This document shows positions 14,935 to 27,424 of a stretch of DNA of 64,000 bases, in pieces. A program made the position numbers and the translations under genes. Source of the stretch: Cycas panzhihuaensis. Lineage: Eukaryota; Plantae; Cycadophyta. The DNA is taken from the NCBI GenBank assembly GCA_023213395.1, contig CM041465.1:228043741-228107740 (forward strand). Direction: 5' to 3'. A model generated the notes under the pieces. That model saw only the letters and a program-made list of their open reading frames with translations, was not told where the DNA came from and ran no database searches. Each line of letters starts with the position of its first letter. The stretch's first letter is position 1.

Positions 14935-15719
14935 TCCCTTCTACATTCACATAGAATGGACACCCTTCATTCACTCTAAAATGAGCCTAAACTACCTCCT
15001 AAATACCTCACCATGCCTTCACATTAAAGGCATGATACGTATTTGGATCTTGGGTCATTTTGTGTGTTGATGAGGAAGCCATGCCCCTTTCTAAAGGAGT
15101 TGTTTACTCCATTTCAATAACAAAGAACCCCCATTTTAGTCACATATTAGTAATTATTCAGTTGTACTGGTTTGTTACCACCCTCGTGGTTAGGGTTTCA
15201 TCTAAGGATGTAATTTAGCCTACTTCCGAGCACAAATTACTACTTAAGAAAACCCTTGGGGATAGCACATATCCCTACTTTGACTATTTTTTGGGGTATT
15301 TAGACCTATTTAGTTACTTTCTTAGTGGGATCCCCATGTCCCATCTAAGGGACATGTATAATCCCCTCACCCTAGTCTCATGCAAGGTCACCTATCACAT
15401 AGGATGATTGTGTGTGCCTGGTGCGAGTGCCATGCTACATAAAAGAAAGCATCCTAGCTAAAAGCATATATATATACACGATATAATAGAATATACATGA
15501 TACAATAAAATATAAATCAATCCATACTATGATCTCTATATCCACACATCCAAAATCAACAAAATAGGCAAAACATATTAAAATGGGGTACCAATGTGGC
15601 CCTTATGTATATATAAAATGAGTAATGGTATAAAGTATTGAAAGCATGTGCCTAAGGAAGAGGGAATCCTTGCAAGAGGTAAGTACAATCATGGATCTAT
15701 GTGTGATAAGAAACCCCTT

Positions 15720-17474
15720 AGAGGTTTAAAGCTTTCATCTCCCATAAATCTATAGTATAGTGGTCATATGAGGTTGTCATACCCTCATGATGAACCTCTA
15801 GGGGGTCTCTTATCATACAATCATATCCTGATGTGTCTACTCCCTTGCCTAAAGACCACATCCCTCCCAGACTCCTCCTCCTCCTCTGTTGTGAGGTCCT
15901 AGCCTCGCTCCCCCTTAAGCACGACAAGCCTCACATTACCACTGGCATCTCTAGCTCCACTCCCTAAGCATTTAAGACCTACACCTGAGCCTGCAACTGG
16001 TCTCTCTCTGCTCATAGCAGCTCTCTCTCAACTTGTACAACTAATCTTCCTCACCTTGTAGCTCTTGGGACTCTGTAGCCCATGTGTCTCATACTCACAT
16101 GAGTAGAGCAAAAGGTACAGTATGTCTCCTTGTTAACCTAGGCTCCTCACCAGCTATGATAGAAGGCTTTCCCTCCTCGTATATCCACGGGAAGAGCTCA
16201 ATGACCACTTACTTGACTAACTCTCCTATGTAATTACCACTTACCATCCATACATATTAGGGTGTCAGTGGGAGAATATCCAATAATCCATCAAAACTAA
16301 AGCATGCCAAATAAACTCTATGAGCATCAAATAACCAAATTAAAATCTAAAGCTAGAGTAGAGGGGATATCTCACCTCTTGGGATGCCTGGCACCTCCTT
16401 AGCTACTGCACCTATAGTTGTAGCTGTTATCTCCTAGCTCTCCTCCTTCAGAGCACCTAGTGTATCACCTTCCTCTGCCTCCTCTACTTTGAGGACCTCT
16501 ACTCCACTTGCAGTTAAGATTGCCTCTATTGTTGTTATTGTCATTGTTGCCACCTCCATGTCATCACCAACAGCTCCCTCACCCTTATCCTCATCCCATG
16601 ACTCCTCTCTAGGGGAGTTAGTTGCCTTGTTTCCCTCCTCATCGCTCCCCTAATAGATGGCATGGTACAGTTACTGACATAATCACCCAATGTAAGGAGA
16701 TCTAGAGATATGGTTGACATTGACCACCTAACATGTGCTAGCTCCCCTGCACTCCTAAACCGAGTCTGCCACCTATGCACCATTCGGGCATGAGCTGCTA
16801 TGGGTTGAGGACCTGCCACTGGAGGCACTCTACATAAGTGGTCAAAAAATTAGCACTAAAGAAGGGTGCAGAATGAGAATCCCCCTTGCCCAACCCTTCT
16901 GATCTAATCAAGCCAGGCGATGAGATTGGCCACTTTTAGAGCAGCCCAATCAAATCACTCCCCTTACTCACATCTCCTTACTATAATCATCCAATCCCTT
17001 GAGATATCCCTATAATTCTATTTTTAAGAGATCCAAAACAGAATAGTAAACACAATCATTTTCCTTACGTAAGTAATCCTAGATATAACTATGGTCCTTA
17101 GCGATATCCCCCTTTGATCCTAATGACCCCAGCCTATGAAAAACCTCACAGCCTCCTGATGGGCTCCATATGTACTCAGGAGTGTTCCTAGTATTATTAG
17201 TGTGCCCCTATCCAGCACCTCCAAAATTCTCCTGACATTTGTAGGAGTGACAGTGACATCTCCCCCTTGGGGAGGATGGAATACATGTCACTTATGATCC
17301 TAGTATGAGATGATGTCCACTAGGAGAGCCTAATCTAATGCATATTGGGGACGTGTGGATGATCTTCTTTAGCTCACACCACCGTTGGATAGCTCTCTCT
17401 AGCCTCTCCAATAAATCAATAAATCCTACCATGACCCTACTAATGTTTTCGCGGTTGTTGACCATGATAACAAT
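15720..17474 (-). pseudogene. Antisense accessory gene: plant mobile domain (PMD / aminotransferase-like, PF10536-like) followed by acidic and coiled-coil segments
   Basis: Minus-strand translation ~17350-17200: PQYALD*ALLVDIISY*DHK*HVFHPPQGGDVTVTPTNVRRILEVLDRG, matching the PMD N-terminal pattern D..LL.AL...W.....F.LP.GE.TVT..DV..IL.L...G. Downstream are a Glu-rich tract (~16480) and ERELL*AERDQLQAQV (~16000). Boundaries are approximate. Confidence 0.6.
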
Positions 17475-17480
17475 CTACAA

Positions 17481-17580
17481 AAATAATAAAAACTCATCAT
17501 CGATTAGTCAATCTCCTCTCTGCCAATCAGAAATAATAAAAAATCATTATCGATCAGTCAGCCTCCTCTCTGCCAATCAG
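17481..17580. repeat. 50-bp tandem duplication with CCAAT in each unit
   Basis: aaataataaaaa..atcgat.agtca..ctcctctctgccaatcag twice (17481-17530, 17531-17580). Confidence 0.9.
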
Positions 17581-18710
17581 AAACCTTCTTAGACCATTAG
17601 TAATATGAGAAATCATATTAAAATTAACAAATATTTTAAGTTTTTCTTTTTTCTATTAAATTATCCCACTGTTACTAATATATTTACAATATTATGAATA
17701 TGTTAGCAAGCCCTACTAACCCTCCTTTATCCCGTAAGTAAGTTCACAATACCACAAATAAGTTTATAATCCTAAGACCTCCTTTGCTAAAAATTAAAAA
17801 AATTATTTACTATAGATTATAGTTAGTCTAATAGAACCAGGGATCCCTAATGCCTTGGGCCAACCCCTTCTGGGTCCTTAAACAAGTCTCAAAAGGTCAA
17901 ATTCGTCTATAAAAAGCCTAAAAAATCAATAAAAAACATTAATGATTAAAATCAAAATTGATGGGCTAAGGTCCATATTAGCAAATTGAATCAGGCGTAG
18001 TTGTTGCCATCTCTCACTCCTGAACCTAACAACTCTCTCCATGTGACGATCTGATAGTCAGATCTCCTCCATTGAATGCATGACAAAATGATAAAATTAG
18101 GTGTTGGAGGCATAGAGCTCTAAAATCATGTGAGGACATGTGAAAATAAATTTCATTTTCACCCCTCGCCTCCCTTTTATTCATGAAGCCCTCTGGGATA
18201 CTATGCACTTTCTCTACTGTGAAAGAGCTACTAGGACCATCTTCTCTAGCTTGTCTTCAATCCCTTTAAGCCCTGGCCTACTTTTACCTCTAGATGCACC
18301 TTTTTTTTGCCATTTTATATATTTATGGTGCCCCTATTGGCCCTTCTCATAAGCTATTTTACTTGATTTTCATGCCACTTGAATACTATTGGAGTTTATA
18401 CTCCATTAGCCTTATTCAACGCCCCAAGACCATTTTTGTTATTCATTTAAGCCCCTAAAGCCCTTAATGAGATCTCCTTCCTTCCTTAGGTCCCTAGTTG
18501 GCCCTACACCAACTCTAGGGACTTATTAAATAGCTTACTACTCGATAACTCTCTGGCGTCCATAAGGCAGGCCCTCTATGAGCCTAGTAGCCTATCCCCA
18601 GGGCTCTCCTATCCCCACGTGGCTAGTTTTCCAAGTTATCATGAGTTATAAAAGCTACTTTTGACCATTTCCTGTCCCCTTATAACTATCTATTTTTTCT
18701 TGCCATAACG

Positions 18711-19036
18711 CTGCTCATCTATATATATGGTGACAGTCGTGGTGACCTAGGACCTTATGCCCCCACCTGGATCATCAGTGATCCCTCTGGGTATGACTTC
18801 ATACATTCTTGAATATACTTACCTAAGGCCATGAATAATGAGGCTAAGTATATGGCTATTATTGAGACCCTTACTGATGCACTTCGCCTCTATCATGACC
18901 CCATCATTCTCCATTACGATTCTTAAGTCATCGTCTCATAACTAACTCAAGTCTATCAAGTTTGTTGCCCTCAATTAAGATCCCTTGTCTAGCATACCCT
19001 TGTGACCAGAATGTTGAAGCTGACAGCCTTATTCAC
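18711..19036 (+). pseudogene. Stand-alone archaeal/plant-type RNase H (aRH) domain in the 3' region of the Tat element
   Basis: In-frame LLIYIYGDSRGDLGPYAPTWIISDPSG ... KAMNNEAKYMAIIETLTDALRL ... LHYDS*VIVS*LTQVYQVCCPQLRSL, then IPCDQNVEADSL. These correspond to the DGASRGNPG / TNNxAEY / DSxLVVxQ / IPRxxNxxADxL motifs of RNase HI-like aRH. Confidence 0.85.
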
Positions 19037-19673
19037 TTTATCTTGGAGGGTCGCCTCCCACCTTTAGACGATCCATTGTCAAGCTCATAGGTCAACCCCT
19101 CCTTTTGTTGCACTCATCCTTTCCCTTTTCACATCTAAAAATAGGCCACTGATGGGGTTAAATTATAGTGACTACAAGTTCATCTCTTTGCTTAACTCTC
19201 GTATCATACATGGTATGGTTTTTACATGTTCTCTTATTATGTTTACATCTTTTGGATTATGTTTATATTATTTCTAGATTATGTTTATATTATGTTTATC
19301 TTGTATATGAAGGCAATGGGGCATCCCCTCATCTCCTTCCCCCTTCCTACTACCTCTTTTGTTTTCTATAGGGATTATGACCCTATTCTATTTTTCAATG
19401 TCATATAGCCTGCTTAGATCCTCATCTCATATATGTTTTGGTCTCATATATGTTTTGGGTCTAGGGCTCTATACCCTGAGGATTAACTAAGCCATGCCTC
19501 ATCTTCCTTGCCCAAACATATATTTCCCATCCACGTAATTTATTGTAACACTCACCACTCACCTTGGTTACTGGCATATAAGCTTTATACACTTTTATTA
19601 ATGAGATTGTATTGATAGCATTCACCATTGTTTAACACTTCTGAACGATGAGGTTCAGTTGCCAAGGCAGTAG

Positions 19674-22600
19674 TGTTTCTTGGCCACTAGGAATAGATTG
19701 GGATGCCATCACACTAGTAAGTTTAGGTATATACTCTATCCCTCACTCTTTATTACTTTCTTTATAGTCTTTTCTTTATATGTTGTTTGTATGGCTGCTT
19801 GAATGCTTGGTTGAAATGCTTGATTAGCTTGCCTATACACATTTTTACTTATGATGACCAAGACTCTAGTCCAATGGCACCATTGAGCTCCCATGGTTAA
19901 TTCCCTCTTGGAAATAGGTCCCGCATATGCCTTTGTAGCCTATTTTGGGTGATTCCCAGCTCATTTTATACTCCCTTGTAACATCTTCTCCTCTTTTATT
20001 ATGCCTCACCTATCTCCTTGGCCCACCAAGGATAGTTTATTGAGGTCTCGAGTGGAAAGATGCCCCTCATTACTCACTTTGTGTGAGGTTTGTTTGTGAA
20101 TTTTACTAATATTGATGGTTTGGTTTGTTATTTATACCTTAGGACCCTTAATTGCCATCATTTTAATGAGTGCCTCCTTATTCTGTGCATTTCTTATGTG
20201 TTTCCACTAGTTTTTTATTTGTAGCACAACCTAAAACTATCCTATAAGATATTAGGGAGAAATTCTAAGCTCCAGTAGTCAGCCCCTCCCTCTATTTCAA
20301 TGTTTTTTATTAAGTTTTATTAATTTTGATCAAAAATTATCATTCTGATATTGCCCCGCTCCCTTTTTTGTTTACACTGCTCTGATTGTTGTACACCGCT
20401 AATATGTTAACAATACTGCTAATATATTAGCAGTGTTACAAACAAATTCGCAGTGCAACTATTATTAGTTTAAATATAACTAGAAATGGCTAAATCTATA
20501 TTTAATATAGGTTTGACACCAAATCTAGCCTCGGGACCAGCCTAGATCGGGTCTTAAAGGTCTCGAGACATCCCCCAAACCTTATTCTCCTTCAATGGAT
20601 TCTTCCCAAAAATCTTGACATTTCTCTTTAAAAAACCTCATCTCTTACATATCTACTTGTAGTTCATGAACCAAATAGATTTTAGCGAAGGAAAACAAAA
20701 GGAATTAAGCCCAAAATTTACATTAGATCAGCTACAAGCCATCAAGCTTCAAAGAAAAGCTGGTGTTTTTCTTCAAAAATTCTTAGTTTTCAAGCTAGAA
20801 CTTTCATTTACAATAATTCTTCCCTCCCCCAATAAGGTAAGACATCTTGCTATGTTTTCTTGTTGCCTAACACTTGAGATTACTCCAATCTTTTGATTAA
20901 TTAGTGTTTTTCTTAACAATTTTCAAATTTAGATGCTCCTTTTAAAGACCATTAAGAGTAGATCTATTTTACATCTTAGAGGCAACCCCTCTACCTATCA
21001 CAAAACCTCTGGTTTCATCCTCCAAACCATTAGTTGTTGACAAAGAGAGGGCAAAAGTAACTAGAGGAGATTATAGAAAGGGTATTGGGCTCAAGTTCTG
21101 GCTCCAAGAGCCCCCTTCCACTAGGATAATCCCCTCCTCAATGCTAACTAACATCCCTCCTCTTCACACCTCAATTAGTGTGACACTTGGATATGAAACT
21201 TATAACTTTCAAACTTGGTGATCCATCACCTTATTTCAAAGCTTATTAAACATAGATTATAGGGGAGCTCACCATTTTGAGGTAACACTCCCACCCCTTC
21301 TTACCCTTTATTTCTCTTATTTATTGCATGTTGTATGTCATAACATGCAGCAAAATATTGTTTACAATCTTACCTTATTGTTACACAAATAAATGACATC
21401 TTAAACATCTTTCATCAGTAAGTTGGTAGGTATATATATGAATATTTGTTGTTCGTAGGAGTTGTTTGTTATGTGATTTAGGTGCAGGCAGATCCATCCA
21501 CAAACTGAGCGATTTCTACCAAAAGTTGACATTGTCTCTTGTTTTGGTTTATGTCATATTTCCTTTCTATAATCTTCCTTTTGTTCTGTTCATTCAAACT
21601 TAGGGAAGGTAAGGGAGCCCTACCAAAACTTTATCATTAACATTACAACAACAAGAGGAGTGAAGTTGTCGATGAAGAGGGTGCATGGAGAAAGAGTTAT
21701 GCTGCTTCATCAACTATCACATATCCAAAGTGTATTCCATTCAACCCTTCTTCCCTTCGCTCCTTTCCCCCCCTCTTACTCCTGAAAAGAAATAAACAAA
21801 AAGGAAAAGTTTTTTTCATTTTGTTTCTTTTGCATATTGCATAAGAAGAAAGGCATAATATAAACTAAACACCCCTTCCTCCTCTTCTCTTGCATTAGGA
21901 GTAAAGTTTTACACATTTTCTTTTTCCCTTTGACCCTATACATTGTGTATTGAGAAGATAAAAGAAAAGTTCACTTGATTTCTTCTTTGCATCAATAGGA
22001 AATATCATTACGTCTCTCTTATTAGCTGCATTGAAAAAGGAACTAGTTGCATATAAATAGTCATTGCATTCTTTCTCTCTTCTTTCATCCCCTTAAATAA
22101 TCTTTTAAGAGAAAAGGAATTGAGAGAGGGGGGGAGTAGTTAGTTTAATTTGTCATTATCTTTTATTTGCAACATAAACATTGCAATTATCAAACACTAC
22201 CATAATCATTGATTGGAACAAGCTTACCTACAACAAACAAACAAGTACCAATCTACCTCTCTCCCTCTTGCAACCCGAAGGGAAGTTCAAAACCTAGTTG
22301 CAACTAAACGATTGCAACATCTCCTCACTCCATACACCTAACATCATGAACCTTAGCTTCTTAAGGGTAACCCTTCGAGCACTAAACCACCTACCTTGGA
22401 CTCTCATCATCACTCATTCTTTCTTATTTCTTGGTTTCCTTTCCATAGGGAATTGTTATTCTTTCATCTCCTCCTCAAAAGGAGGTCCTTTTCACCCCCT
22501 TCTACCTTAAGGGTAAGAGAGCCCTACCTTGGATACTCAACCACTTGAGGATGCCCTTCTCACTCTTTGTCTTACATTAAGGAGACCCTTGGAAAAGAGG

Positions 22601-22750
22601 TGGCTTACACACAATTATGGTTCCTCAAACCTATGTTCTAATGCACAAATGCCCTTTAAGGGTATCTTGACTACTTTCCTCCCTCTTGTTTGTAGCTTCT
22701 GTAGTTAGTAGGGTAATTAAGACCTAGTAATCCCTAGAGGCGAGCTTCTA
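19674..22750 (+). repeat. 3' LTR of the Tat element (3077 bp)
   Basis: Direct repeat of 4969-7947. Starts TGTTTCTTGG after an eroded purine-rich tract, ends CTTCTA (CA>TA), then TSD GAATG. Confidence 0.93.
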
Positions 22751-23349
22751 GAATGAAAAGAATATATGATTTAAGTTCACTTTGTTTTGAATTCAAAAGT
22801 GTGATCAATGCATCCCCCCTCCCTAAAATGCAATAAAATTTTTAAATTTAATATTAAAGTAAACCCCCATTAATCTAAGTGAAATAAATGTAATATTTTA
22901 AAATAACACAAACCCCCACTAATATGATAAAGTTTTCCTCTCTCTCTCTCTCTCTCTTTATGTGTGCAAAATTTATGAAATAATTTTCCATTTTTTATGG
23001 ATATGACTAATGCAAGAGAAAGATACCTCATTTTTCTATTATTAAAAATTTACAAGCATGTAAAGCATTATGTAATTTTTTTTTTTTTTATTATAAATAT
23101 TTGTAATGTAAAATTAAAAGAAAAATATGAATGCATTGAACCCCACTTTCTTAAACTTAAGTCCTAAAAGGAATCCATGTTTATTAAGGTTTCAATTATG
23201 GTCTCTCATTTTAACATTTTCTAAATCGCTTTCTTAACCAAGTTTCCTTACAAGTAAATGTTAAAAAGCTTACTTATTATCTAGATTTTGTTTCTTATAT
23301 AGCCTTCTTCTTAAATGCTAAGTGGTCAAATTAGTTTAAAAAAAGATAT

Positions 23350-23428
23350 ACCATTTATAAGATTAGAACCCTAAACTTCTCAAGCCAAAAGGTATATTAT
23401 CCTCTATCAACTAAGCTATCTTACACCC
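23350..23428 (-). pseudogene. Degenerate tRNA-like sequence / SINE head
   Basis: Minus strand reads TAGCTTAGTTGATAGAG (A-box, cf. TAGCTCAGTTGGTAGAG) and GGTTCTAATC (B-box, cf. GGTTCGAATC) at tRNA-like spacing. Confidence 0.45.
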
Positions 23429-24861
23429 ATTATTGTCAAAACTGGAAAACTTTATTTATTAATATTTTCATTATTATTTTATTTTAAAAGAAAAAGAATA
23501 AAATCAAGATGTGGGCATGTTTTAAAGGATAATTGGCAATTTAGTATGAATGGAAACTTATGTATTTTATTTATTATTTTATTTTAAATTTAATAAAAAA
23601 AGTATATCATTTTGGTAGCAAGATGTGCAAATGCATTATGGAATCAACTAAAGGGTAGTTTTAAAAATTTATGTAATGGATTTAGAATTTTAAAAATTTT
23701 AAGTGCATGCTTTTATTAAGAGGATAAAGCAAGTTACAAGTTAAGCCTTTTGTTGAAAACATAAAGACATGATGTAGAAAGGAAAGAGATATGACTAAAA
23801 AGAAATGCAATCTCGTTCAAACACATTTTTCTATTTAAAACAAAGTTATTTAGTGGTAAGAATAGCAACACTGAGAGGTAAATTAAGTAATTAACAATTT
23901 TTATGAAAGTAAGAAAATCATTTGGTTTAAAGGCAATTGCAAAAGTTTATTATAAATTTGGGTAGAATGCAGAACTATTAGGATTAATGAATGGACTACA
24001 AAGATAAAGGAGTTATGATGTGATTCAACTCTAGTAATAATTTTAGTATATAAATTATAAAAGAAAAGTAAATAACTATTAATGGAAGATGGCTTTAATA
24101 GGAGTTAACTAGTTTAGGTGTAGAGCACATGCAAAATATGAGTCAATAGTCCATGCTTTGTTAGACACAAATGTCTAATCCAGAAAAGAATAAAGATGAA
24201 ATCAAACCAAAAAAGTAAGGTGTTAAGGAGAAGTATCTTAGAATTTAAATAATTAAACTAGAGAAAACGCTAAGGGTTAAGTATATCGCCAATCATAATG
24301 TTCAATATGTGTTGCTCAGAATGACAGCTTTGATCACAATTGGTGGCATTATCCTCCAGTCCAAAACATTTAGTATATCACTTTTCAGATATTTAATTTG
24401 GGCTAAGGCTTCACCAAAATTCATAATGGTCATTTGCCTCTTCATTCTAAGTTAATCAAAGAGAGCTAGGCAATGACATATGTTTGATTTGTGATCTATC
24501 GACACTTAATAGACCTTTGGTTTATTCTTCTCAAGACCATCTTGCATGAAATTTGAAAAAAAATGTACCATAGCTTATTTCTAAAAGGTAGTCACATCTT
24601 TTAATCAAACATTTAGTTGTATAAGGAAGGCTATTTTACTATGGTTGTCTCATAATTCTTGATTCATTTTTCTCTACAAAAAACTTAAGAAAATTCTACA
24701 CTCTGATATTGTTATTTTGAGTGCACTGCATGTAAACTATTTGGCAAGTACGTTCACTTGACCTTTGGGCTCTTTAGCATCTTGTATTACATTTAAATTT
24801 TTAATTCAATGATATCTATTTTTTACCTTTAAAAAAAAAAAACTAGAGAAAAGACATTATA

Positions 24862-25186
24862 AATTAAATTATATTAAAGGGATGATTTATTACAAAACTA
24901 CTTACTAAATATGAAGTAAATTTTTTAAAGAGATAATAAGAAGTAAATTTTTCAAAGAGATAATGACCACCTTATGGCTATAAATAAGGGAGTAATACTC
25001 ATTCATTATCATGATTGTTATTAATCTTTATAATGGAGTGATTTCTATTTGGTACTTCAGTGCTTAAGGCATTTGCTTTTATTTTATGGTTATCTATTAT
25101 ATCAAGATATTATTTGTTATTCATCTTATATTAATATTTAGTTATTTGAATGTTTATTTGTTATTGTAATTATTGAACTTATCACA
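24862..25186 (+). repeat. ~325-bp LTR-like repeat followed by an eroded tRNA-Met PBS
   Basis: Contains TATAAATAAGGGG, ends TATCACA, followed by CAATATCATAGCC (cf. TGGTATCAGAGCC). Reverse-complement match to 26552-26871. Left boundary approximate. Confidence 0.65.
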
Positions 25187-26551
25187 ACCAATATCATAGC
25201 CAACTTTCCATCTTATCATTGTATAGGTGAATAGAAAAAGTTATACTACTAGATAGCCTCTTTGAAGTAGTCATTTGGGCAAAACCATAACATGCTTTCT
25301 TTGTTTATGTAGCTTCCCATTTACAGGTTAAAGATCGTTATTCTATGTATTAGTGTGATCTACCTGCATCATTATCTATTTTGTCAATGTGCTTGTGTTC
25401 TATTTGTGTTATTGTTGTAGATCATCACTTGCTTCTTCATTAATATGCCACCCATTTACCCATGAGACATCATCCTTCTTTGATTATTGTGTCACAAAGG
25501 CTATGAACTTATAAGGTCCTCTTGTGAGCTCCATTTTTCATCTTGTTATATCCTTTGTGAATGATATTTTGTCTCCATGGAATTTGCTAGTGTTATTGCC
25601 CTTTTTTTTCTTATGAAGATTGCCTCTGTAGCTTGTGTATGTTAAGTTGCCTCTTTATGATAAAGTACACATGTGGTAACCCTATAGCTATTATAACCAA
25701 GTTTTGTGGCTCCCTAAGCACGATATTGACCTTATGTTCCCCTTTGTGATTCATGGCCTACTTGTTATTTGTGTGACCAAATTTGAAGATAATCACTCAA
25801 CTAGTTAGCTCAGTTGCCCATGTATTGAAGCTTTTACAGGGACACTCACCACTTATGATGATCCTATATAGATTTGATAGAGAATTTCAACAAATATCTA
25901 TGAATAAAATCTATTCTTTAATGTTATTATTAACCCCTTTGACCTCATTTTATATGTTGTCGACCTTACTAGGTGAAATTCTTTATTTTAGATTTTTATT
26001 TTTTAATGCTTTTTAATAAATTAAACTAAATTAAGATCCAATTTAGAGTTTATTAGCTTCTAATGTAGTTAGTGACTAGTCATACATAGTTCATGGGCGA
26101 TTAGAGGCTAAAACCCTAATTATTAGTCAATTTTATTTTCTTAAGGAGATATTTGTATATTTTCAGCTGTAACTTTTGATCTAGGAGTCAATTTTTTAAA
26201 TTGTCTAAAGCATTGGAATTTTGACTCTAATGCCATTATTTTGAGTTATGATTTGATATATTTTACAGCTTTTTATAGAGAATTTTTAGTTCAAGGTTGA
26301 TATTTCATTTTGAAGCCCTACATATAAGATAACGAGATCTACAATATATTCTAACGAAACACTTTAGAGATATCTAGATGACTATTGAAGTTTGACGCAT
26401 AAGGAACAATTCTAGATATATTTTAACACCTATAATCTATGCATTCACATAACATGAAAAGGTTCAAAAGAATAGCACCTAATAGGAAGGAAGAAATTTC
26501 AACAAATAAGAAGCGTGCATATAAGCAAGAAGTGCAACTTACACAAACAGT

Positions 26552-26871
26552 TGTGATGAGCCCAATGACAATAATATATAGACATTTAGATAACCAAATA
26601 TTAATATTAGATGAATAAACAATAATATCTCAGATATAATAGATAATTAGAAAATAAAAGTAAATGTGTTGGGCATTAAAGTGCCAAATGGAAATTACTT
26701 CTATCATAAAGAATAATAATAATAATCATAATGATTAATGAGTATTACCCCCTTATTTATACCCATAGGATGGTCATTATCTCTTGAAAAAGTAACTTCT
26801 TATTCTCTCTTTAAGAAAAAACAACTGTATATTTAATAAGTAATTTTGTAATAATCCCCCTATGTTTAACA
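26552..26871 (-). repeat. Second copy of the same LTR-like repeat in opposite orientation
   Basis: Minus strand TGTTAAACATAGGGGGATTATTACAAAATTAC ... TATAAATAAGGGGGTAATACTCATT ... CATCACA, colinear with 24862-25186. Confidence 0.7.
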
Positions 26872-27013
26872 CATTATTCCCTCAAAGTGTAAATACTACA
26901 TGAGGAAGTCTTGTAACATCATTTAAGCAATCTGAGGCTTAGGAGTTATAGAGGAAAGCAACAAACATAAGACATCATTAATGGGAAGGAGTTGACTAGC
27001 AAGAATCTTTAGA

Positions 27014-27424
27014 GATGAAGGGAAGAATAAGTAATGTTGATTGATTTTCTCTAAGAAAATTACCTTTGATATAGGCATGAATTACCTTTCATTGTTCATT
27101 TATAACATTATTTCACATGCCAATTAGGAATGATACAACTTGCTTGAAAAGTACTCCTTCAAATGATACTAACTTCTTTATAGTATTCTAAAGCTATTAA
27201 CTCTCAATTTGATTTTTCAGAAATGAAGGGAAGAATAAGTAATATTGATTGATTTTCTTTAAGAAAAAAAAACCTTCGATATGGGTATGAATTACCTTTA
27301 ATTATCCATTCATAATATTATCTTTTTACATGCCAAATAGGAATAATACAATTTACTTGAAAAGTGCTCCTTCAAATGATAAAAACTTCCTCACAATATT
27401 CCTAGGATATCAACTCTCAATTTG
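27014..27424. repeat. ~207-bp diverged tandem duplication
   Basis: Unit atgaagggaagaataagtaat...ctccttcaaatgata...aactctcaatttg at ~27015-27211 and ~27223-27424. Confidence 0.9.

Larger units (their letters stand above)
4969..22750 (+). mobile_element. Full-length degenerate Ty3/Gypsy LTR retrotransposon, Tat/Ogre-type (17.8 kb)
   Basis: Two ~3-kb direct repeats start TGTTTC(C/T)T and end GCTTC(C/T)A. Identical TSD GAATG at 4964-4968 and 22751-22755. tRNA-Arg-type PBS; gag-PR-RT-RH-INT order; extra RNase H. Confidence 0.95.

Noticed and set aside
20666-22510. LTR-internal ORFs (20666, 22298; also 6896, 7653)
   Set aside because: Frames are not preserved between the two LTR copies and no domain is recognisable.
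23600-24800. Possible transposase or pseudogene remnant
   Set aside because: Coding-like texture but no motif I can support.
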